From Enoplolaimus lenunculus (lineage: Eukaryota): 64,000 bases of DNA. A program made the position numbers and the translations under genes. The stretch is taken from assembly GCA_030248215.1 (NCBI GenBank), contig JASANG010002922.1:124001-188000 (forward strand). Reading direction: 5' to 3'. Below are positions 1-13,604 of the stretch, one piece after another. The notes beneath the pieces were generated by a model. The model saw nothing but the letters and a program-made list of their open reading frames with translations, did not search any database and was not told where the DNA came from. Position 1 is the stretch's first letter. Every line of letters begins with the position of its first letter.

Positions 1-751
1 CACAAATTATTTCTATATTAAGAAAAAGTGTCTATAATCAAAATTTTCTACAGCTTAAAGTGATTTCGCAAAACTTGATGATAAAATGGTAAAAATTCGT
101 TTAAGCCATTTTTGGCTTTTTTTATTCTAAAACGTCCAACAGTAATTTGGTAATCAAAATTATTTCTAAAACCTGGTCCTGTTCCTGTTTTGGTTCGTGG
201 AAAGAATATCTATAATTGGTTTGCGTTGTTTCTGTGCCAGGTTCCGATGATATTTTAGAAGACAAAAAGTATAAACAAAATGTTTAGAATTTGGGAAAAC
301 TGTTAATGTTGTCGTTTGTTTTGTTGTTTTCTTTTTAGATATTTATGTTTCTAAAGTTCGAGTCTTATTTTTGTATTTCTATTAATTATTAATAAACCGA
401 TCAATAGACAAGATTACGCTTAATCGTAACATTTTCAGAACAATTTAACAAAACGGTTATTTATTATACATGGGCATCGGATATCCGGAATTGTATCGAA
501 AAAGAAATATGCACCCGGATGTTCGTGTATCGGATATCCGCTTGATATTCAAAATTCATTTGTTCAACAAAGTTTGTAAAGTAATTTGGAATTAATCAGT
601 TTTGAGTGCGAGATAAAGCAAGAGAAATTGTAAAAAAACCCCAAATATGCAATTAAGATTTGAAATCAAGTTATTTTTGGCAGAAATAGACGGAAAAATA
701 ATGAAGATTAGTTCGAAGTCGAAGAGTGCGCATGAAACAAACACATGATTA

Positions 752-954
752 CACTGCAAAAAACGGTGAGTCAAATTGACTCTCTCCGAAATAGGCTTTT
801 CCTGGCTACACAAACTGAGTCAGTAATTCGACTCTGCCAGACTCTCAAATTGAGTCGAATTTGACTCAGGCGGAGTCGAATTTTGACTCAGTTTGTGTAG
901 TCAGGAAAAACCTATTTAGGAGAGAGTCAATTTGACTCACCATTTTTTGCAGTG
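752..954. mobile_element. CACTG-terminated foldback MITE (CMC/EnSpm-like), family A
   Basis: Long TIRs CACTGCAAAAAA.GGTGAGTCAAATTGACTCTC, internal GAGTC/GACTC repeats, TA TSD. Confidence 0.85.
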
Positions 955-1084
955 TAATAACGACGTATAACTAATTTTAGTTCAATTAACCTTGTTTTTG
1001 AAACCGTGACTTAAGACGTAATTCGTTAATTTAAGTACAGCAGCAAGCCATGGTTGGGTTTTTCCGGAAAAGTTGAATCTAGCA

Positions 1085-1293
1085 CACTGCAAATCATGGT
1101 GAGTCAAATTGACTCTTTATGAAATAGGCTCTACGGGACTACACAAACTGAGTCAAATTTGACTCCGCCAGAGTCAAACGTGCGACTCAGTGAGTCGAAT
1201 TGGACTCTGATGCAATCGAATTTGACTCAGTTTGTGCCGTTCCGTAGAGTCTATTTCGAAGAGAGTCAATTTGACTCACCATTTTTTGCAGTG
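1085..1293. mobile_element. Family A CACTG MITE
   Basis: Same TIRs as 752-954. Confidence 0.85.
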
Positions 1294-2088
1294 TACAAAA
1301 AATTTCAAAAACATGTAGCCGTGCCTCGACAAATGCAAAGACGTTAATGGATGCTAAATCTGGTGTCAAGCGTATGATCGAAGCAACGTAGAACCTCCAC
1401 TCTTTAATATTTTATAATTTATCTGAATTTTGTTTCAGACACTTGTATTAAAAGAACAAGCTTAAACATTTGGCATGTTCCGCATCTGATTGGTCCTATT
1501 CACGAAGCAAGTTTGACGTGGACTTTTAAAGTTTCCGTGCTTTTAACATCGAATCTGAATTAATATTGATTGAGAGGTGGTATATTTTGCTCCTTTAGCA
1601 AATATTAATATTTTCGTGATGGTTATTACTTTAATGTTCACAATTAGCCCGAAAACGTGAGCATGCGTAGCGGAGAATGAGTGATACATACCCCTTTACC
1701 GAAATGCCTGAATCGACTAGGAACCTTTATAGGCTGTAAAATAAATCTGCAAAGGATCAAAAAATTTTCTCGCTCGCTACACTCGCTGGTAGAAAAAAGT
1801 TTGTGAAGTAAAGCACAATGAGTTATTAATGCAACAAATACAACGGTGGACAGACGGGGAATCGGAGATATATCCTCCATGACCGAATTGCCTGCAAGGA
1901 CTTAAAAAGCCAGTTTTGCAGGCTGTAAGATATAATCTGCAGAGGTTGAAAGAAATTTTCTCGCTATCAATGCTCGCATGCAAAAATGTTTTGAATGTGG
2001 TTATCGCTTTCTGACATGAAACACCGTATACGTCCATGATATTTACATCCCACGCACTCGCTTTGTAGGGTACAGTTATTGTCTAATA

Positions 2089-2270
2089 GGCCCATGTTTA
2101 CTTTAAGGGGCGTCCAGATCTCTGGTGGTTCTACAAAAGATTAGGTTTAGATTCTAGATTACATTTTTTGCTTAGGCTTACGCGTAGGAATTCTTTTCTG
2201 CAACGCTTAGGCTTAGGCTTAGGAATACGCTTAATCTACTGTTACGCCCGTATAAGTATTAACATTGGCC
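2089..2270. mobile_element. Merlin-like MITE carrying TTAGGC repeats (family B)
   Basis: GGCCCATGT...ACATTGGCC termini, perfect 8-bp TSD GTCTAATA. Confidence 0.85.
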
Positions 2271-5200
2271 GTCTAATAAGTCAACAAACACATCAATACT
2301 CCCATTGTATTATCTCACGCTATCAGCTGAGCAAATTTACAACCTGCTTCAATGAGATGTTAACAATTAAGGTAACTCCTAAAACTCTGTAGCACTGTCG
2401 GAGCTGTAAGCTCGAACCTGTAATGTTTTATCTTTGTGTTTAGTGATAATACAATATTGTTTGCTTTTTAGTTACCTTAGAAACCATCATTAACCAATAC
2501 TATTATAGATTTAGATTTATCGTTAAGGTTTATAAATCAAGCTCTGTAGCTATACCTCTACCTTGCTAGAAGGGAAGGCTTAAAAAAATTTTCAGGAGCA
2601 GCATACAAGGGTTTTTGTTTTATCTTACAAGCAAGGTTGAAAATTTTCTGGTCGGCGTCAAATTTTGTCAGGGTTAGGGTCGAGGACTCCCTGACCCCCA
2701 TTGACTACGAACCCGATACAGATATACAGATTCAATGGTAAATCGTAGCAGGTATCAACAACGAACGTATGCTGTGTGTTACTTTGACAGTTATTTGGTA
2801 CAGCTCTGAATTAAAAAATACAATAGGGGACTCGGACGCCTTGGATATGCATGATAGGGATCTCCAACCAGCAAACGACCGAAATTTTTTATTAAAATGC
2901 GTCAGGCTGATCCTTACACATAGGCTTACGCTTTAGGCTTAGGCTTAGGAATATGCTTTATACTACTAATCCGGCCCTGTTTTATACACAGGCTTAGATT
3001 TAGGCTTACGAATAGGCTCATCCTTACGTATAGGCTTAGGAATATGCTTATACTACTGTTCCGGCCCTATGCTATGCATGTACCGGAGGTATTATATATA
3101 CAGTCAAAAATATTCAAAATTCAAAAGACTGTAGTCAATGCTGTATGTTCGATAAATGTATTCCAGCGTTTGAGAAACTAGTAAAACCTTGCGAAATAAT
3201 TCTTTGCGCAGTGCAATGCCACCTGACCACTTTGAGATGTCGAAAACTTGGGATAATCTGAAAAAATTACTGATACAGTTTCAAACATTGGCCCATGTTA
3301 CTTTGGAGAACTTTCGTTTTTCTGCACGAGTCCAATAAAGTAGCCTATTAAGAGTAATTTTTCCTTAGACGATAATGGCTTTTAGTAGACAGAGGTGAAG
3401 GTGGCTGGAGATATTTTTGTCCGCGTTGCTATCTAACCACAGGAATTTTATTTTTTACCCTACGGGTATACCCGCGCGAAATTTCTTCACAGTTACCGAC
3501 CCTTTACCTGCCTTTTCTTTCTTCTGCGTACAATACAATTGTGTAATTTACAGTGCATAGATGTTATGCTCGCTCGGCGTTTACAAAAAAGACTCTTTAT
3601 CAGTAACTTTCAAAACAAACCATGAAGTAAAAAATGTAACACCGGACAATATTGCACATTACACATATCTTGTTAAAACTAGGTTCTCTGCCGATGGTTG
3701 ATTAGTTAGTTAAAACATTCTTGTTTTTACAAAATCGTTTGCGTCGACTTTAAGCTAGAACTCGTTATAGGAATACGCTTAAACTACTGTTACGCTTCCC
3801 AAAGTAACATTGACCGCTGCAAGTTTCATATGCACATAATTCCGAGAGCATAATAGTGTATACATCCATGAAATATCATTGATGAAATGTTTTATGCAAA
3901 ATAATATAAGATGTTTTAATGAGCAATTATGTGAAGGATACGTCGTCAAGTGTGGGGTGTCAAAGGATAAACAGCCCATGCGAGCCACACTCCGAGACAC
4001 AGCGACTGGACGCTATGATCTCAATCTCACGGACACTGACTGCGTCACCATATTAGAAAACTCAAACTTTTACCGATACCGCCATGATGACAACTATGTT
4101 TTTCCAGCTTCTACACATGGCCAAAGTAACCCACCTGTGGGTCACAAAACACATTTTGCGTGTATACCATCATGCGGGCCCGTATTCAGAGGGGGCCTGG
4201 GTGGAAAATTTTTTGCCCCCCCCCCCCAACATGATGTGCTGGCTACGTGCCTGGCGGCATATATACTACTACAGTTTCTGCTCCAACAATATAGAGCGGT
4301 CACATTAAACGGGTTTCTATAATGAAAAACCATAACAATAAGCTTTTGATTGTAGTTGTAAACGTTGAGCACAATGTGTAGAACATGGACGTAGCAGTAG
4401 TACAAGCATATTCTCAACCCTAAGTCTTAACCTAAACGTAAGGAGTGAGCTTTATACCAAAGCCTAAGCCTAAGCAAAAAATAGGTTAAAGATTAAGTTT
4501 ACTCAATAGCAGTCCGTCAGAAAAACGTTCCTCCCCTGATCTTTACATGGGCCACTTTCGGTAACTCACTGGTGCGTTTACAATTTGTATTTGAATATGC
4601 TGTTCCGATAATTACAATAGTTGCACCAGCGGTAACACGCGGCCCATGTTAATTTAAGGCGCGTCCAGGTTTTGGCTGGGTCTATAAACGAGTAGGTTTA
4701 GGTTCTAGATTACATTTTTTGCTTAGGCTTAGGCTTAGGAATACGCTTAATCTAACATTGGTCAAACACCTATATCCCTCTGGCGGGTTTTCATTAATGT
4801 GTTATATGCCATCTTGAATGTTATTTCATAACCATAGGATCTTTAATTTTGGTTATGTTACATATTTCACATTGGTTACTGGCCCAGGTAAAAAGTTAAA
4901 GTGACAGAGCGGCCCATCTTGTAGATCTTGAGAACTTGACTAAAATTACTGTTTTCTTAAACAAACAACTTTTTACATTTTTGCCTTTGTGTGTAGGGTT
5001 CAAGAAGTATTTTGGTATTTGGTTTTGTTCCTTGTTCCTCACTCATTTCGGCTAATTTAATTTGAAGACAAAACGTCTTTTCCCGCATTCCTGTTTGTCA
5101 TTTTTGTAGACTCATTGACGCTTAGACTTTGGTTGAGCCATAACGCTAAACATGAACCTACGCCTAAGTATTGTAAGCGAGAGATTTTGCTGGGGTGCAA

Positions 5201-6294
5201 AAATAATACAACACTGTATTTTCCAATGAGTTGATTGGTCAGTTCAGTCTAGCGAGTTAGCTATTTGAGAATTAAAATTAGTAAACATTCGCTCACTCCG
5301 GAGTTGAGCTGATTCGCACTCTGAGTTGAGTTGATTCTGGGTGAGTTGATTAATTAATTCAAAATAGAATGGAATCAACTCAAAGTTCTGAGTTCTGATA
5401 GTCAGTAACTCGGACTGAGTGATTCAACTTTTATTCTGAGTTAAAATCAATTCACTAAAATTTACATGGAAGTTGCACAAATTTTAATGACATAGCTACT
5501 TAAAATTTGTCATTGCCTGCCTGCCTGCGCGTTTCATCACGTACTTGAGCTGTATTCCAGGCACACGTGGTACAGTATACGATAGACTCCAGCTGGTGAA
5601 CAGTTGTTTCAGCATCTTTGAGAATTCGGGCGTCTTCGCAAACGTAACCAAAACGTTATTGTTCCACTTTCGTTTATAGTCGTGAGGATTCGGAAATTGA
5701 CAGAACCAAGATTGTGGGAAAAACTGGTCACTCAAACCAGGTTCGAATCCATACGTGACATTGTTATCATCGACGATGATTTGACCAAATTTGTCAGAAT
5801 TTGTCTGACTTGTGCGAGAAATTATATTGAAATTACGTTTTGCAAAACAGTGAATATCGTATCTGCGGCAACTGTAGCATGTATGGTTTAAGTGTGGTCG
5901 CATACATAGCTGCATATAGCTGTCGATAAACCGTTGTAGTGGTTCTCGGATCATCGCTAAACGACGCCACGGTTCAAAGTTGTATTTAGCAAAACGGCGG
6001 ATATGTTTGTCGAAAAAAAGTACAAAATAATATAATATATGAAGCCCAACGTGTAAACCGGATATCGGTTTCCGGATCGAATCGAAATCAGTGTGTCGAT
6101 TTCGGTTTCTGTTTAATATGAAAATGCTGGAAATTCCGTTGTTTTTATGTTTGTGTTTTGTTGCAAATATAGCATATATGCTTTTCACATAGAGTAGACT
6201 GTGAGAGTAACCTTGGAGCAAGCTGGCGTTATATACGTTTTGGCTTAAGGGCTTATTTGTAAGCTTAGGTTAAGGGCTAAGGTCCAGTTAGTTA

Positions 6295-6497
6295 TACTGC
6301 AAAAGATGGTGAGTCCGATTGACTCTCTCCGAAATAAGCTTTTTCTGGCTACACAAATTGAGTCAAATTTCGACTCCGCCTGAGTCAAATTCGACTCAAT
6401 TTGAGAGTCTGGCAGAGTCGAATTACTGACTCAGTTTGTGTAGTTAGGAAAAGCCTGTTTCGGAGAGAGTCAATCTGACTCACCATTTTTCGCAGTG
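6295..6497. mobile_element. Family A CACTG MITE
   Basis: Same TIRs, TA flanks. Confidence 0.85.
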
Positions 6498-7038
6498 TAA
6501 GTGTGGAGTGAAAACTTTATGTTGGGGACAAATCTAAAACCACTACCGACTTACTTATTTTATAATTTTTTGTTATATCATCACAGTTTAGTCGTATCCA
6601 TTCATTTGGGTCGTTGCTCGGTTTCAGGTCGAGATTTTTGCGTCCAAACATAGCTATCCGAGATCGAATACATAATGCGACTACAAAATTTAAAACTTTA
6701 CTAACTCAAGACGGATGGGGTCCTTTGAATATACGGCCGCTGTAAACGATCAGAGGCGGAACGTTTTTGAGCAGGACTGCAATAGAGTAAGCTTAACCTT
6801 TAGACTAAGTTTTGTTTTGGCTTAGCCTTAGGTGCAGACTTAGGTATAAGTTCATCTTACGGTTAGGCTTGTGAATATGCTTATAGCACTGTTACAGCGA
6901 TGTTCTATATACATTGGCCAAATATGCCATAAGATTTACTTGTGATGTATAGGTATTTCCCCATACAAAATTGAAAAAATAAGGAAAATTACATCGTTTT
7001 ATAGGCTCCAGTCGCTCGAAAATTATCTTGCCGTTTCC

Positions 7039-7256
7039 GGCCAATGTAAAGAACAGGGGCGGAACAGTTTATAAGCATTTTTCTAAGCCTAAGCGTAAGC
7101 CTAAGCCTAAGCCTAAGACAGCGTAAGAATGAGTTTATTTCTAAGCCTTAGCTTAAGCCTAAGCCTTAAGCCAAGCTAAAAAATTCGTCTAAAGCTTAAG
7201 CTTACTCAATTTTAGTCCCACAAAAAAACGTTCCGCCCCTGGTCTTTACATGGTCC
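7039..7256. mobile_element. Family B Merlin-like MITE
   Basis: Perfect 8-bp TSD CCGTTTCC, internal (GCCTAA)n. Confidence 0.85.
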
Positions 7257-7464
7257 CCGTTTCCTATATACGTGAGCTTAGCCTAAACATCTGCTTGAAG
7301 CCTAACCCTTATACTGACCCTTACCGAACGCCTAATGTTAACAACTTTGTCGGCAATGATTGTCAGTCAAAATTCGTCGAATTGGACGTTCCTAGCACCA
7401 GTATAATTTTAAGACGAAGCATATGCAAGTAAAATTTAAAATTTAAGTCTAAGCCTAAGTCTAG

Positions 7465-7685
7465 GGTCCATATTCTCAAATGCGTATAGCACCTCTCATC
7501 AGTTAGCGATAGGTTTTCAAACTGACGCAGTGCTGCAATTGCAGATCTCAAAATTGGTACAGCAGTAAGGCAACTCAAACACAAACAATGCGCTAAATTT
7601 CGAACCTCACTATGCGCTGGTACCAAAGTTACAGGACCTATCGCCAACTGGTGATAGGTGCTACACACATTTGAGAATACCGGCT
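7465..7685. mobile_element. PIF/Harbinger-like MITE (relatives near 30717-31070, 38421-38640, 62090-62245)
   Basis: TIR ..TATTCTCAAATG/CATTTGAGAATA.., 3-bp TAG flanks. Confidence 0.65.
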
Positions 7686-8914
7686 TAGAGTCTATACAAG
7701 CTGAATCCCAAGTGTCAAGCGAAGTCTAGAACTAATCTTAAAGCCTAGCTCAGACCTAATTTTATGCATTTGTTCTGTATATCTTGCATGGGTAAGGCCA
7801 GGATTTTGAAAATATAACAATTTTGGTTGATGTGTACGACAGGGGCGGAACAGTAGTGTAAACATATTCCTGAACATAAAGCATAAGCCTATGCCTAGCG
7901 TAAGAATGGGCTTATATCTAAGACTAAGCCTAAGCTTAAGCATAAACAAAAAATTGTCTATGGCTTAAGCTTACGATTCCACCCACACAAAAACGTTTCG
8001 CCAAAGATCTTTCATGGGCCGCGAAAGAGGGTTTTTTGTTGCCAACTAAAAATTTTTTATAGAAAACTTTTTTAGTTACAGAAATCTCTAGAAGGCGATG
8101 ATGCTTACGCCGTTCACTTGGCGGCGGCCTTGATATGTTGGTGAGTCATAATTTATACTGGTCTGCCAGCTTTGCGCCTTGCGCAAAAGTTAGTGAAAGC
8201 ACAAAAATTTCCTTGCAAATTTTCTTTTCATAGAACAATCACGGGTATTTCTTAAGAAATTATTGTAAACAAAGTAATGCTGGAAAGGTGCCCAAAATAC
8301 GTATGTGGCGCGTTCCAGCTTTAATATATAGATTTTAAATTTGTTTGTGAAAAATTAAAAAGTTAAAATATGGTTTAGTTCAACTTACTGATCATTTCAG
8401 CATCAAAATTTTGTGGAATGCCACAAAATCGTATTTTGTTAAAAGGGAAAACTATTTGGTTTGGATATCGCAAGTTTAGAATGTATGTGAAATTTGAAAA
8501 ATCGGGACGACGAAGATTCGAGTATGACCGTGTCGGAGCCTTCAAAGCTTCAGCTCTCTTTGTATCATTTTTGATATCTGATGCCTTTTTGAAGATTACT
8601 GCTGCTGCTATTGTTGATGTTGCGGTCGTCGTCGTCGTCGTTGCTGTTGTTGTTGTTGTTGTTGTTGTTGTGGTTGTTATTAATTTGCGATGCCCAAGTA
8701 TATTTCCTGCTATTTCAAAAATTGTCAACATATAAATCTAATATATTTGGCTCCAGCGTTGACAACCTTTTCGATAATGGAACGTAAACTAAACCGTGTA
8801 TCATGATTAAGAATGATTTCACAACAATTTGTCGCCTGACAGCTCGTCGATCAACAACTTACGATATGAAATCTTGTTGATTCGATAATTATTCACCCAT
8901 CATTAATATGCATA

Positions 8915-9137
8915 CACTGTAAAAAAATGGTGAGTCAAAGTGAATCTCTCCGAAATAGGCTTTTACGGACTACACAAACTGAGTCAAAATTCGACTCCGC
9001 CAGAGTTAAATTCGACCAACTGTCAGTCGCTCGGTGAGTCAAATTTGACTCTGGCGGAGTCGAATTTGACTCATTTTGTGTAGTCCGGAAAAGCATATTT
9101 CGGAGAGATTCAATTTGACTCACCATTTTTTGCAGTG
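8915..9137. mobile_element. Family A CACTG MITE
   Basis: Same TIRs, TA TSD. Confidence 0.85.
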
Positions 9138-9310
9138 TAGGCTTTAGGTTTATGTATGTTCTGCATTAAATTGTCGGGCGACGAATTGTTATAGATCCTT
9201 GAAAAATATAGCAAGTACTTAGTGAGCCAAGTTATGCTTCGACGATCTTCTGCGACGGATCTAGAATTTCTTGTGGAAGAGTGTTCCAGGTTGACTTTTT
9301 ATGTATATAT

Positions 9311-9709
9311 GTCGTAGCCCATGTCGTAAATTAGCCCAATTGTGAATTGAGCTGGTTCAGGGCGTAATTGTGAGTTCGGCTAGCCTACGGCGTAATTCGG
9401 TCTACTTATGCGACACGTGTACTCCTGGTGATTGGTTACTATCTTAACACCGATACTCAAATACGATTGGCTGATGCGACTAGTTCTTTCTGACTGGTTA
9501 AGTAAATAGCCATTTAGTGGCTACTAACAGTTTGTTTGTTTTACTGAGCAACGCGGAATCAAGCATTATTAGGACTATCAAGTAACCAATGAGAAAACGC
9601 ACAGACTTATCTGACATGATTCCGCCTTGGGCTAGCCCAAGTCGTAATTCCGCGTTTTACTAGCCCAATTCGGAATTGGGCTGAATTACGACTTGGGCTA
9701 CGAGACGAC
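9311..9709. mobile_element. Foldback MITE inserted in a (TA)n tract, superfamily unclear
   Basis: GTCGTAGCCCA.GTCGTAA...TTACGAC.TGGGCTACGA inverted arms flanked by TATATA. Confidence 0.7.
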
Positions 9710-11403
9710 ATATATATATGCAACAGTACGAAAGGTTCGTCAAGTGAAACGAGTGACAGATCAGGCTTAACCACATTTTAGGTTGCTAGAAATCAAAACA
9801 GCCACATTTGCAATTGAAACTTCTCCAGCGAAACAAGCGAAGGAGCCGAACGTTGTTTTTGTATTACATAAATTACCATAATTTTAATTTTACCTCGTTC
9901 AGCTTATGGGTATCAAGCGAACGTGCTAAATGCTCAGATTGCAGATACTACATTTAGGAAAAGCGGAGTCAGAACAGATTATCAATAAAAATTTTTGAAC
10001 AAACGACTAAAAACGACTGACAACGATTGTTCGTTTGAATTCTTATACGCAAAACTTCCACCCTCAAAATCGCCCTAAATTCCCATTAGTAAAATTGATT
10101 TGTGGGTGCCAGGCCCGACAAATCTTTAAATTGAAATACAAAAATGGTTCAAACCTGTAAAGTAGTATGAAAGACCTGTGACCAGGACAACGAATAACCC
10201 TGTTTTGAAAATCGTCGGAATCTTCCATATTCCAAATGTCTTCAATTTTCGATAAACTATAAAAAAATTAGCCTAAAAATTACTAATATGATGCAAGTGC
10301 GCTTTACCCGCGTACACTTTGTTTAAATTATTTTACCTGTTACGCCCTTATTTATTCTTCAGCGTTCAACACAATTATGCAATTATACAGTGCAACGTTC
10401 GTTATTTTTGACTCATACGGTAAATACAGTTTACAAATCCAAGTTTTTCAACGTTATCTGGGTTCAAGTTTCTTATGAAAATTTTAGATGGGTAAAGATT
10501 AACAAATTTTTAATCGCAGTTTGGAATTCTTTACCCGCGGGTATACCCGCGTCAAAATTTTCTTATCGGCCCGCGTTTACAAACGGGTAACGTGTACGTC
10601 TGCCACGAACTGTCTTGGTAGCAATATAGCGACTTACTCAGCATTTTGTAAGCTCGATGCCCAATGTTACTCAGTATCGCAAACCGATTTTGAAATCATT
10701 GTCAGCAAACACAATAATTTCAATACAACTGGTTATTGAATTGAGTTGTTTGACAGTTGAAACTGTTTAAACCAGGATTTCGGGTATTTTATATATAAAA
10801 TCAGTCAAGTATATAATGATATAGAACTCGCTAAAATTTCGATTTCTATTAAATTTAAATATATCACTAGTGAACAATACTTCTTCTAATTGACAAATTG
10901 CTGCAGCGTTGTGGATTTCAAAATTGGCACAAAATTATAAGACAAATCAAACGCAAAAAATGCGCTAAATTTTGAACTTTACCGTTCGCTGGTTCAAAAA
11001 CTGGGCCCATTTAAAGATCAGAGGAGGAACGTTTTTCTGTGGGGCTGCAATAGAGTAAGCTTACGCTTTAGTCTCATTTTTTTTGCTTGGCTTATGCTTA
11101 GGGTTAGGAATATGCTCAGAATTTAAGTTGGTGTAAAATTGACGAACGAAGCGTATGCATATTCCAAAGCGTAAACCTATAAGTTTAAACGTAAGCAATA
11201 AGCATAAATCAAAAACAAAGCGCAATCTTGAGTCTAATGTACGTTAAAGATTAGTGTAAAGTTTAAGCTTGCTCTATCGTTTTGAGACCGGAGTGAAATA
11301 CGTGACCAAACTAAAATAATAGAATGCTTTACGGTGGCGCTATACTGACGGACGGCGTCTAATGTGTATTTCGGTGCCCGAAAACTTTTTTCCTAAAATA
11401 TTA

Positions 11404-13360
11404 ACAAATGTTGCGCAATAAGTAACTGAAACGTATCAATGTAAAGAATGCCGCAACTCAACAAATAAGCTTATAGTATTTTGCAAATTGAAAGCAACAA
11501 AAATATGTATACAAAAGTATAACATCAGCTTAAAAATTCCACGAAATCCCAACTATACTTTATCGGAGCTTTACATTTAAGCTGTGAATATTTTTATTTT
11601 CAGGCCTATAGTCAGCCCTAACAAAAGTTGCGCAATAAGTAACTGAAACGTATCAATGTAAAGAATGCCGCAACTCAACAAATAAGCTTATAGTATTTTG
11701 CAAATTGAAAACAACAAAAATATGTATACAAAAGTATAACATCAGCTTAAAAATTCCACGAAATCCCAACTATACTTTATCGGAGCTTTACATTTAAGCT
11801 GTGAATATTTTTATTTTCAGGCCTATAGTCAGCCCTAACAAAAGTTGCGCAATAAGTAACTGAAACGTATCAATGTAAAGAATGCCGCAACTCAACAAAT
11901 AAGCTTATAGTATTTTGCAAATTGAAAGCAACAAAAATATGTATACAAAAGTATAACATCAGCTTAAAAATTCCACGAAATCCCAACTATACTTTATCGG
12001 AGCTTTACATTTAAGCTGTGAATATTTTTATTTTCAGGCCTATAGTCAGCCCTAACAAAAGTTGCGCAATAAGTAACTGAAACGTATCAATGTAAAGAAT
12101 GCCGCAACTCAACAAATAAGCTTATAGTATTTTGCAAATTGAAAGCAACAAAAATATGTATACAAAAGTATAACATCAGCTTAAAAATTCCACGAAATCC
12201 CAACTATACTTTATCGGAGCTTTACATTTAAGCTGTGAATATTTTTATTTTCAGGCCTATAGTCAGCCCTAACAAAAGTTGCGCAATAAGTAACTGAAAC
12301 GTATCAATGTAAAGAATGCCGCAACTCAACAAATAAGCTTATAGTATTTTGCAAATTGAAAGCAACAAAAATATGTATACAAAAGTATAACATCAGCTTA
12401 AAAATTCCACGAAATCCCAACTATACTTTATCGGAGCTTTACATTTAAGCTGTGAATATTTTTATTTTCAGGCCTATAGTCAGCCCTAACAAAAGTTGCG
12501 CAATAAGTAACTGAAACGTATCAATGTAAAAGAATGCCGCAACTCAACAAATAAGCTTATAGTATTTTGCAAATTGAAAGCAACAAAAATATGTATACAA
12601 AAGTATAACATCAGCTTAAAAATTCCACGAAATCCCAACTATACTTTATCGGAGCTTTACATTTAAGCTGTGAAAATATTTTTATTTTCAGGCCTATAGT
12701 CAGCCCTAACAAAAGTTGCGCAATAAGTAACTGAAACGTATCAATGTAAAGAATGCCGCAACTCAACAAATAAGCTTATAGTATTTTGCAAATTGAAAGC
12801 AACAAAAATATGTATACAAAAGTATAACATCAGCTTAAAAATTCCACGAAATCCCAACTATACTTTATCGGAGCTTTACATTTAAGCTGTGAATATTTTT
12901 ATTTTCAGGCCTATAGTCAGCCCTAACAAAAGTTGCGCAATAAGTAACTGAAACGTATCAATGTAAAGAATGCCGCAACTCAACAAATAAGCTTATAGTA
13001 TTTTGCAAATTGAAAGCAACAAAAATATGTATACAAAAGTATAACATCAGCTTAAAAATTCCACGAAATCCCAACTATACTTTATCGGAGCTTTACATTT
13101 AAGCTGTGAATATCTTTATTTTCAGGCCTAATAGTCAGCCCTAACAAAAGTTGCGCAATAAGTAACTGAAACGTATCAATGTAAAGAATGCCGCAACTCA
13201 ACAAATAAGCTTATAGTATTTTGCAAATTGAAAGCAACAAAAATATGTATACAAAAGTATAACATCAGCTTAAAAATTCCACGAAATCCCAACTATACTT
13301 TATCGGAGCTTTACATTTAAGCTGTGAATATTTTTATTTTCAGGCCTATAGTCAGCCCAA
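11404..13360. repeat. Tandem array, 9 near-identical copies of a 217-bp unit
   Basis: Unit starts at 11404, 11621, 11838, 12055, 12272, 12489, 12709, 12926 and 13144. Copies differ only by rare SNPs and 1-2 nt A indels. Confidence 0.97.
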
Positions 13361-13397
13361 ACATGCTTGGTGGCAGACATAAGTTTTACAGTGCGTG

Positions 13398-13604
13398 CAT
13401 TGCAAAAAAGGGAGTCAAGTTGACTCTCTCGGCAATAGGCTTTTCCTGACTACACAAACTGAGTCAAATTCGACTCCACCAGAGTCAAATTCGATTCACT
13501 ATGTCGCACGTTTGACTCTGGCGGAGTCGAGTTTGACTCAGTTTGTGTGGTCAGGAAAAGCCTATTTTCGAGAGAGTCAATATGACTCACCATTTTTTAC
13601 AGTG
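13398..13604. mobile_element. Family A CACTG MITE
   Basis: Same TIRs, TG TSD. Confidence 0.85.

Larger units (their letters stand above)
5496..8731 (-). pseudogene. Nematode-type carbohydrate sulfotransferase (Sulfotransfer_2-like), degenerate or possibly pseudogenised
   Basis: ORF 6221-5496 has a 3'-PB-like motif LAMIREPLQRFIDSY..LC and FFPQSWFC. The upstream exon ~8707-8389 (donor GTAAGT at 8388) encodes a poly-Thr stalk and a 5'-PSB-like KIRFCGIPQN. A candidate middle exon (8279-8109) has stops in all frames, and no clean exon chain could be built. Confidence 0.55.

Noticed and set aside
592..1369. Recurrent 'ESN/TQTESNS' ORFs (also 8935, 13395, 19724)
   Set aside because: They are translations of the palindromic CACTG MITE. 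No transposase motifs.
3879..4322. 147-aa ORF as a real gene
   Set aside because: The 3' part runs through a hAT-like repeat, and no recognisable domain or exon partners were found. It cannot be supported without a search.
7081..7200. True telomere or chromosome end
   Set aside because: The TTAGGC tracts are short, degenerate, in both orientations and bounded by TIRs and TSDs.
8418..8735. Poly-Val membrane protein on +
   Set aside because: It is the antisense of the poly-Thr microsatellite exon on the minus strand.
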